DNA from: a virus
Reading direction: 5' to 3' (one strand)
Length of the DNA stretch: 64,000 bases
IMG/VR virus record: IMGVR_UViG_3300028581_000012
The notes below the pieces were generated by a model, which was not told the origin of the DNA, did not search any database, and saw nothing but the letters and a program-made list of their open reading frames with translations. The position numbers were made by a program, and so were the translations under genes. Positions 56,301 to 61,635 of the stretch are shown here, piece by piece (positions within the stretch are counted from its first letter, which is position 1; the number at the start of each line of letters is the position of its first letter).

Positions 56301-56869
56301 GAAGTTGAAAATTCAGTTGGTCCATAGATGTTATTAACAAAAAGAATTTTTTCTTGACCATCCCCAATTTTTTCTAAGTCACTACCAATCGCTAAAGGAT
56401 AACCATATTTACCTTTATTTGTTTCTTGTTGTAAATTTTTGTTAATTTCAACGGTATTCCCATATGAAGTGGAAAATTCAGGTGGTCCATATATGTTATT
56501 TACAAAAAGAAGTTTTTCTTGACCGTCTCCAATTTTTTCTAACTGTGAACCTATTGAGTTTTTAAATCCATAAAGACCAAAATTGGATTCAACATTTAAA
56601 TTAACATTTATTTGAACAGTATCACCGTAGGTTGAACTTGAATTTTCAGGTCCGTATTTATTTTGTTTGTAGAGTTCTTTTTCTTGTACGTTACCAATAG
56701 TTGATACCTCAACGGAGTCTTTTACAGCATAATCAACAATTTGAAACTCTTTATTTTGAGCAACGTCTCCAAAACTAAAAGAATCGTCAACACGGTATGG
56801 TTTAAGATTTCTTGTCAGTAATCTTTTTCTAAAATTTTCAGAAGAATTAAATGAAAGTGGACTATCCAT
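50309..56869 (-). CDS. Giant tail-tube initiator/baseplate protein with N-terminal ~55-aa repeats and OmpA-like insertion
   Basis: FIGRPEKIYTYKNTERSGKLDF and PPILVLRVGDFY...PMVANISLSF (tube-initiator-like); NQNLSERRNDSV; lies between the tape measure and gp53-like genes. Confidence 0.65.
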   Translation of the reverse strand: MDSPLSFNSSENFRKRLLTRNLKPYRVDDSFSFGDVAQNKEFQIVDYAVKDSVEVSTIGNVQEKELYKQNKYGPENSSSTYGDTVQINVNLNVESNFGLYGFKNSIGSQLEKIGDGQEKLLFVNNIYGPPEFSTSYGNTVEINKNLQQETNKGKYGYPLAIGSDLEKIGDGQEKILFVNNIYGPTEFSTSYGDTVEINKNLQQETNKGKYGYPLAIGSELEKIGDTKEKELIVTNLYKPLNRNDRGFGDTVWFINNNQTIQSRGEGEYTISDTQNSFLNSIGNEQEILSKVRNVYKSTGPDFGFPVYWINNLKNILTNGQGEYSVADTVNSYLNSIGNQKEIELKVLNVYKPTTTGFGFPVYWIQNNQVVQTVGSGVYNISDTIGSYLETKGNEQEVLMRVINKYTPATSAPGYGSTKYSINNILSLGSNEGEYDFSDTVGSELELEGISERNVLYPLNQYGPVAGYTISVFPWNNYQTNPNEEEYDPSDAINSKLETEAETIRLTLFPINQYGPVNGQSQSEVSINNNVQTNSNEGNYDYGDTINSELEQDANSFRTDLIPLNEYTPQNTPINTVDINVNNGKLSNGGEYNYLSTKGSELEVVGSKKENEAYINNKYVTGDGNYDLITIDDIIPTSYGNAYANSLTPINFIPSTYKPINILLSDNPAGSNGSLSQDSALAFIGARQLRREYRYRIASELVSQTLGRINALDSEIDPDSGGVSVKPNLNPFDAAGIISGNIPLLARNYVITSPESLIGRALNFTAKLGGLYSPYSIIPGEYFDYPDKRMLNRLVENPVEVLTSTVMGAIRTITGQKNKRGSKLMLANTSNATRSLLFGQLFYNTYRPDYSGLTLRRPTLFAPKPNFYGGGDSDDIFSSLISPANAQPLDKNGEPSGAPVYSVGEIGKYYEGENFQKFKFGLNTRSYSDGTTTIGGGFTWASKRGYFKVGELAGPGGLQRFGTNDVFTKNFESAFKDTESWKIEENNVWRDGSILDTTQKLVDSADRSGIKKLEHVGTAINQISKVFNDGYVEMTKGSRVIRYTTKNSIDSSSSSLKGFEYCRLFTKDTPFLTYSQLQKTEGNIRNYTYSVFDNTYNLNIVPHNDKNGQSTNIIDGQVKKYMLSLENLAWRTSNKPGFTTEDLPACERGPNGGRIMWFPPYNLDFSDSTRADFGDNSFIGRPEKIYTYKNTERSGKLDFDIIVDHPSISNLLVDQEFKDIRPESEMTKVMDSFFAGCLKYDLYTLTRRFAFLAPQDIQTAINLIKYPEQATTIVKETPEPEPTKTEEVKSTPPASNDKISDPKFEEIFLFFENAQPNDSSGTSTSKDFEYWYNQYVADKNNYTTVKPLNKVFKYSDANKVALNTTTTPNFSLKEYVDARKETVGGFFSNIETEFQDLKEFLGEVFNILNGGGEVSFDLLGTASSTNTSGNQNLSERRNDSVLKFIENFKVNDKTLKTFTESNPPKLRITKKAEGSSGTIKDPKYSEIECNKAFKSPYEEGIYSVQAMACRRTKIGNITFKPAPPVQSQTPPAQTESTTPNPTAAETTTPKPTPQNEIINNFKQTPQYKDLAKKIIRRLLTECNYFQMIKEENPIVYDNIRSKFQYFNPVFHSITPEGLNSRLVFLQQCMRPGDTIPTVSQTAGGNFKLDYSDAFNSAFGSPPILVLRVGDFYHTKIIPKDLSISYSNQAGALFDLNPEGIGVQPMVANISLSFDMIGGHGLAGPVAELQNALSFNYYANTEMYDERATITEDVTSQYDAEFFEAIRTNPLAKPQQLQQNKIGTTIGKQDTYKYDTTLSGFTGVLSYKENMKNFIDLTKDYSQNVLQNLKNINSKLLIGGILIFTKDRKYQNGYFNNINQPATNLVKIFGKSEYEEKVNLLFSGAKDDIENETSPILASLNLQNFTNISTRKIKRKLKDMIESRQSTYLSVLSDASNNIVNSEVNETKMIDVLDQLNYVCNAFDGYANDKNEILVFSLTGTTPVDASNTSYANTLDELRGDLQIVGSKLSAFTNNLETYSLIPTDNEEVYNDNFQFNTFIDSDPLAISPEENRFFMVFGKEIIDDYNKFVNEVVDVVNNNERKTEWTNYLKSNLGINPQDGSELPTGIVAQYKSSKDFVDKRFESFETNYYNSVFCATCSYDINKDKERKMNFSQVLFPNQIEVDNMKAINSSVNSTGDEYNLKVSFN
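55000..56750 (-). repeat. About ten degenerate 53-55 aa repeats; two near-identical copies 165 nt apart (boundaries approximate)
   Basis: LEKIGDGQEK.LFVNNIYGP.EFSTSYG.TVEINKNLQQETNKGKYGYPLAIGS repeated; caatcgctaaaggataacc at 56221 and 56386. Confidence 0.85.
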
Positions 56870-56883
56870 TTATTTGTTTATTT

Positions 56884-56891
56884 TATAAATA
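56884..56891 (-). promoter_or_regulatory. TATTTATA upstream motif (putative late promoter)
   Basis: 14 nt before ATG at 56869. Confidence 0.55.
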
Positions 56892-56906
56892 GATATTTTT
56901 TTATTT

Positions 56907-58967
56907 TTATCCTCGTTTTTGAGTAATTAATGCATTCGATAGTTTGTCAGAAAATTCTGCACTTAATCTTGTATTCACTGTATTCATAATTGTTTCTTTA
57001 AGTTGTGAAGCATCTAACACCTGACTTATTAAGTTTTGTGGAATATTTGTATTAATATTTAAAGTAACTTCAGTTTTACCACCAATTTCAACGGTTTGTT
57101 TAACTTCCATAGGTGGTTGTGAAATTGTTCCGATTTTACTCATCAAGTCTGTTATAGAAGGTGTTGGTGCTGCAACAGCATTTTGATACTCCAAGTTTGT
57201 TATGGAAGATGTGGGTGTAGCACTTGCGTTTTTATACATCATAGATAAATCACCACCTTTAGGTATTCCAATCTCTTGAAGTCTTTTTTCAGATTCATTG
57301 TATTTTGCAAAGAAATCACTTATACCAGGACTAAATAACATTTCATCAGCGGTGTTAGGTAATAATTGCCCAAAATCTGTTTTCACCATACCGCTTCCAC
57401 CTGAAGGTATAAATGCATCGTTGATTGTAGCCGCAGGACCTGCTGGTGTTGGTAGTGGTATACTTCCGACCAATAATGATATACTATCAACCAAAGTTGC
57501 AATGCTATTTGTTAATGTTGTTAAGTAAGTTTGAACTACAGTAGAAAAGTTTTGGTAGGCTACAACTATAGCGTCACCTCCAGCTTGATATTGTTTTTGG
57601 AACTCGGCAAACATTTTATCGTATGTTGGTGCAATTTTCCCATACATTGTTTCATCTTCACCAGATTTAACAATTTTTTGACCTCTATCTAATCCCATAC
57701 CAAAAATACCTTGGTTTTGAATTGTCTGTAAAGTTAATAACATTTTGTCTGAAGTACTTAACTGATTTTGAGCATTTGTATACATAGCCAGTTGTAAGGC
57801 TGCTGGGTCATTTGAAATTTTTAAATCTTCACCATACTTATTCAATGCATCCATAAAGCCCGGATTATTCATTGCTGTTTGTAAATCTTGGACTCCGCCT
57901 TCAAACCCAGGTAAGTCAATTTTTACTGAACCCCCTGGACCAATTTCTGCTAAACTTGCTACCAAATTTTTCTGTTCTTCAGAAATTGTTGAGGGGAATG
58001 TTATTCTTGATGCAATTTCTTGCTCCTTTCTCATATTAATCGCACCCTTAGCTACATCTTCATATGATAATCCTAAAATGTCAGCCTGTTGTCTTAATCT
58101 TAACATTTCTTCACCAGAAATTTTAAAATCACCGGTTGTTTCATTAAATTGAACGGCAGATGCAGAAGCATTAATTATTTGGTCTTGAAGACCTTCCATA
58201 TCATACTGAGCCATATGAATTAATTGAAATGGGTCACCCAGAGCTCCTATGTTTCCTCCAAGTGCCTGTAATTGACTAGCCATTTCTATGGCCCTTTCAG
58301 GTCCCCCATCCAAAATTTTATTTGCGGTTACTTGAGCTTTTTCTAATGAAAATCCAACTCTTTGAGCCTGTGCTGCCATTTTAGTTAATCCATCCACACC
58401 ATTTCTAAATCCATAAATCTGTGTTTTGTATAAATCCTTTGAAACCGCCGAGGTTAATTTACTAGCATTCAGTCCTGAGGCCTTTGCGGTGGCGGCGACT
58501 TTGTTCATTATTTCTACAGATTTAGACTGAGTTACACCATAAGCTGTCATATTTGAAATTAATTCTCCAACCACTTCAGGTGTTGCTCCAATTGTCTTTC
58601 CGAATATAAGAGCGTCTTTAGTTGTTTGGGCGTTAATTGGTACCAAACGTTCCATTGCGGTACCAACTTTATCTAAATATTTTCCAGTATCATTAAACGC
58701 AATTCCAAATTCTAAACCACCTTTATAAACATCATAAATAACTTGTTCAAACTTTTTGGCACTAGTTGCCATTCCATTACCTAAAGTTGTATTAAACTTT
58801 TTAGCATTACTTTCTAAAGTTAAAAAGAAATCTTCAATTCTTTGTAAAGATGTAGCATCGTTGAATGCTTGATTAACTTTTTGTGCAAAGTTAGAAACTA
58901 ATTGGTCTTCGGTATATAAACCTGGCGTAGTAGATTTAAATGGGTCAGTAGTTTGTAAAAGCCACAT
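56907..58967 (-). CDS. Tail tape measure protein
   Basis: Ala/Gln-rich helical protein (GLTKMAAQAQRVG, AIEMASQLQALGG) directly downstream of the tube and chaperone genes. Confidence 0.8.
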   Translation of the reverse strand: MWLLQTTDPFKSTTPGLYTEDQLVSNFAQKVNQAFNDATSLQRIEDFFLTLESNAKKFNTTLGNGMATSAKKFEQVIYDVYKGGLEFGIAFNDTGKYLDKVGTAMERLVPINAQTTKDALIFGKTIGATPEVVGELISNMTAYGVTQSKSVEIMNKVAATAKASGLNASKLTSAVSKDLYKTQIYGFRNGVDGLTKMAAQAQRVGFSLEKAQVTANKILDGGPERAIEMASQLQALGGNIGALGDPFQLIHMAQYDMEGLQDQIINASASAVQFNETTGDFKISGEEMLRLRQQADILGLSYEDVAKGAINMRKEQEIASRITFPSTISEEQKNLVASLAEIGPGGSVKIDLPGFEGGVQDLQTAMNNPGFMDALNKYGEDLKISNDPAALQLAMYTNAQNQLSTSDKMLLTLQTIQNQGIFGMGLDRGQKIVKSGEDETMYGKIAPTYDKMFAEFQKQYQAGGDAIVVAYQNFSTVVQTYLTTLTNSIATLVDSISLLVGSIPLPTPAGPAATINDAFIPSGGSGMVKTDFGQLLPNTADEMLFSPGISDFFAKYNESEKRLQEIGIPKGGDLSMMYKNASATPTSSITNLEYQNAVAAPTPSITDLMSKIGTISQPPMEVKQTVEIGGKTEVTLNINTNIPQNLISQVLDASQLKETIMNTVNTRLSAEFSDKLSNALITQKRG

Positions 58968-58987
58968 ATTCTTTTATTTGATAAATA

Positions 58988-59167
58988 CTATTTTGGTTGA
59001 TTTTCTTCAACAAGTTTATTTATAAAGTACTTTCTTTCAAATGTGGGCATTTGTGTGACATCTCGGTATGAAAATCTACCGTACTTAACCAAATAATAAA
59101 TTTCGTCCAATAAATATTTTTGATAATCAGAAGAAAGGGCGAAAAAACTCCACCCCAAAAGTAACAT
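58988..59167 (-). CDS. T4 gp51-like / tail chaperone C-terminal module (59 aa, not in the ORF track), in the +1 frame of the upstream gene
   Basis: MLLLGWSFFALSSDYQKYLLDEIYYLVKYGRFSYRDVTQMPTFERKYFINKLVEENQPK; the FSY.D...MP.FERKYF motif is typical of this module. Confidence 0.75.
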   Translation of the reverse strand: MLLLGWSFFALSSDYQKYLLDEIYYLVKYGRFSYRDVTQMPTFERKYFINKLVEENQPK

Positions 59168-59879
59168 CGATAGTCACTTTTTCTCCAGACGGGGTTTGAA
59201 TTACTTTTTGTAAATCTATTTTTGGTTCGCATTTATTTGAAAATTTTCTAAGGTCCTTCGCATCTGATATTGGCATTTGATTTATAAATTTAGTTATTTC
59301 TAAAGTATCTTTAACTCCATCTATTTCAACTATTTGTTTTTCCAACCTTTTTGTTGCGATAGGTGCCGTCATACCTTTTGGATATTGTGAAACAATTTTA
59401 TCAATTTCTTTTTGGTCACCAATTGTTAGAAGTTTAAATTTAACCATTTTTTTTGACTTCGGAAGAAGGTATGAAAATAACCCTTCAAAATCAGGATTAT
59501 GTTCCATTTCTTTATAATCCAAAGAGTCCAACAAAACTGTTGTTTCAAATGTTTTTTGTGTATTTGGGTCGGTAACCGTAAAATTATATTCAGGTCCAAA
59601 CGCAGTGTTTCTAAGAAAAATTAATACAGCCTGAACGTCACAATCTAACATATCGTTAATATTAAATCCTGGTTCATAAATTTTTTGTCTTAGTAACGTA
59701 TAGATAATTCCTTCCTTATCATTGTTTTGTGACATTAAAGTGTTTTCATCATTAGCCGTTAAATAACCAACTTTAATAGAATCTCTTTTTGGTTTGTAAA
59801 AAACACCTTTTGATGGTAATTTTATTACATCGTGTGGTAATGAAAAATTTTCCTGACCATATTTTATATTATCTTCCAT
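59127..59879 (-). CDS. Tail assembly chaperone / baseplate hub assembly protein, T4 gp26-like
   Basis: LPSKGVFY, YLTANDENTL, D..AVLIFLRNTAFG..Y, LPKSKK.VKFKLLT.GD, ends FGVEFFRPFF. Confidence 0.8.
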   Translation of the reverse strand: MEDNIKYGQENFSLPHDVIKLPSKGVFYKPKRDSIKVGYLTANDENTLMSQNNDKEGIIYTLLRQKIYEPGFNINDMLDCDVQAVLIFLRNTAFGPEYNFTVTDPNTQKTFETTVLLDSLDYKEMEHNPDFEGLFSYLLPKSKKMVKFKLLTIGDQKEIDKIVSQYPKGMTAPIATKRLEKQIVEIDGVKDTLEITKFINQMPISDAKDLRKFSNKCEPKIDLQKVIQTPSGEKVTIDVTFGVEFFRPFF

Positions 59880-59922
59880 AGTTTTTTAATAAAAAAATAC
59901 TTTACAAAATACGTTAGTAAAT

Positions 59923-59952
59923 AAAAAATCCCATCATATTGACGGGATTTTT
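59923..59952. terminator. Rho-independent (possibly bidirectional) terminator after the tail tube gene
   Basis: AAAAATCCC-atcatattgac-GGGATTTTT inverted repeat. Confidence 0.75.
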
Positions 59953-59973
59953 ATAAAAATTTGAATTATTTTT

Positions 59974-60462
59974 TTAGTAAACTAATATACATCTATCAGG
60001 TTGCAATTTTATTTCTACTGTTGATAAGTCCGCACTACCATAATCGGCACCATCAAAAGATGCACTTGTTATAAGACAGTTTTGAAGAATCCATTTTTCT
60101 ACTGCAACTCCTGTAGGGTCTAACATTTCTAAATCAACGTCTTTTTTATAACCAGCAGCGTAACCCATACGACCAGTAACTGACTCAGCATGTAAACGTA
60201 CCCATTCCATTACTGCCTGTGTCGCAGAAGGACCAATTGGGTCTCTAAATTTAACTGTGATTTCACCCCATTTAAAGTTAGTTGATACGTAAGTTTCGGT
60301 GTTCAAAAATTTAATTTCTTTTTTATCAATTGTAATTGAAGGTTTACCTGAACTTTCAACATACCAAGAGTTAATCCCCAATGATGAAGGGAATGTTAAT
60401 ATAAAACGATTTTTTAATTTCGGTTCATACTGAAAGGGCATTCTCATTAATAAATCAGCCAT
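59974..60462 (-). CDS. Tail tube protein, T4 gp19-like
   Basis: YEPKLKNRF, WGEITVKFRDPI.PS..QAVMEW, YKKDVDLEMLDPTGVAVEKWIL. Confidence 0.92.
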   Translation of the reverse strand: MADLLMRMPFQYEPKLKNRFILTFPSSLGINSWYVESSGKPSITIDKKEIKFLNTETYVSTNFKWGEITVKFRDPIGPSATQAVMEWVRLHAESVTGRMGYAAGYKKDVDLEMLDPTGVAVEKWILQNCLITSASFDGADYGSADLSTVEIKLQPDRCILVY

Positions 60463-60493
60463 ATCTTTTGTTTTTTGTTTTTTTTATTTTTAT

Positions 60494-60501
60494 TATAAAT
60501 A
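60494..60501 (-). promoter_or_regulatory. TATTTATA upstream motif (putative late promoter)
   Basis: 31 nt before the tail tube ATG at 60462. Confidence 0.55.
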
Positions 60502-60562
60502 TCTGTAAATTAATTTTTTCTATTTACTTTGAATTTTTTTAAAGTTATCCTATAACTAGAAC

Positions 60563-61453
60563 TTAATATCTAGTTTTATTACCTCCTTTAGTTAAATATA
60601 AGTTTACTGGCGATTCTTCATATTCTTTTGATATTAATTCTTTAATTTTTTCAATATTTCTTAAATCGTCATCTGAAAAACCTATATATGGTTCCCAAGA
60701 AGCGTTAAACTCCAAATCATTTTTAAACATTGGATTACCGTCCACCCCATACTTACTTTTTAATTCACTTGCCAAACTTCTACAATAAGATACAAAGTTT
60801 TTGAGTGCATCAAACTTTGCTTGTTCAGGGTTAGCTGCATTATTTGCCCCATAAGATACGGGTTCAAATTTACACATATCTAAATACTCGTTAAGTTCTG
60901 CCGGTGACAAAGACTTTACGGTTTTATCACTACTCACTTTGTTTCCTATATCTCTATATTTATGAAGGTTTTTTGCCAATTCTCTTGAATCCAAACCATT
61001 TTTATTACTCATTATAAGATTATAAACAGCCTCTCTTAAAGTTTTTGGACTATGACCTCTAGCGGTAATAATAGCAAATATAGACCCACCATTAATACAC
61101 TCCACAAAATCAGGCCAAGCAGGTCCCGTTTTTGCAATCATAGAGTCAATAATAAATCTTTTATTACCCGGTTCTCTAAAGTTTTTAAATGCACCAATAG
61201 AATATGCAACTATTCTTTTTCCCTTATAATTAAAAGATTCAAAACCAATTTTTTCACGATATTCAGCAAAGTCTTCAGTTGACATTTGAACTTCATTTTC
61301 ATCTTCATCCATAACAAGAATTGAAGTTGGCATAAACATAATATTGTCATCCCAATCAAACGCATAATATTTTAAGTCGGGTCTACCTACATCATCAAAA
61401 CCTTCGTTCAATCTTTGTCGAACAAATTTTCTAACATACCCTTTTATATCCAT
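60563..61453 (-). CDS. HAD-superfamily phosphatase-like protein
   Basis: Motif I AFDWDDNI, motif II IITARG, Lys motif AKFDAL, motif IV FSDDDLRN. Confidence 0.75.
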   Translation of the reverse strand: MDIKGYVRKFVRQRLNEGFDDVGRPDLKYYAFDWDDNIMFMPTSILVMDEDENEVQMSTEDFAEYREKIGFESFNYKGKRIVAYSIGAFKNFREPGNKRFIIDSMIAKTGPAWPDFVECINGGSIFAIITARGHSPKTLREAVYNLIMSNKNGLDSRELAKNLHKYRDIGNKVSSDKTVKSLSPAELNEYLDMCKFEPVSYGANNAANPEQAKFDALKNFVSYCRSLASELKSKYGVDGNPMFKNDLEFNASWEPYIGFSDDDLRNIEKIKELISKEYEESPVNLYLTKGGNKTRY

Positions 61454-61590
61454 TACTTTTGAAGTTTTTCTAAAAGTTTTTCTAACTGACTTTCAGTTAC
61501 AATTACGTTTTGTTTTTTTGTTGAGTAAGTAGAATCGGATGTTTGTCTTATTCCGACAGATTCTTTAATAACTTTCTTTTTAATTTTCAT
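61453..61590 (-). CDS. Small basic protein (45 aa, not in the ORF track)
   Basis: MKIKKKVIKESVGIRQTSDSTYSTKKQNVIVTESQLEKLLEKLQK; TAATG overlap with the next gene. Confidence 0.7.
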   Translation of the reverse strand: MKIKKKVIKESVGIRQTSDSTYSTKKQNVIVTESQLEKLLEKLQK

Positions 61591-61607
61591 TTTTTTAAAA
61601 TTTTAAA

Positions 61608-61630
61608 AATAAGTAGGGGTTTCCCCCCAC
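61608..61630 (-). terminator. Hairpin/terminator after the sheath gene
   Basis: Minus strand GTGGGGG-GAAA-CCCCTAC then TTATTTT. Confidence 0.65.
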
Positions 61631-61635
61631 ATTTA

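Noticed and set aside
55000-56750. Possible CRISPR array or DGR template/variable repeat pair
   Set aside because: Repeats are in-frame protein repeats with no unique spacers; differences are not adenine-specific and no reverse transcriptase is present in the window
59020-59232. 70-aa track ORF as the -1 frameshift extension of the tail chaperone
   Set aside because: Its sequence has no recognisable motif, whereas the +1 frame gives a typical gp51/GT-like module; there is no clean X XXY YYZ heptamer at the junction
789-60501. Plus-strand TATAAATA as T4-type promoters driving antisense RNAs
   Set aside because: The motif position tracks minus-strand start codons and there are no plus-strand genes; cannot be fully excluded without transcript data
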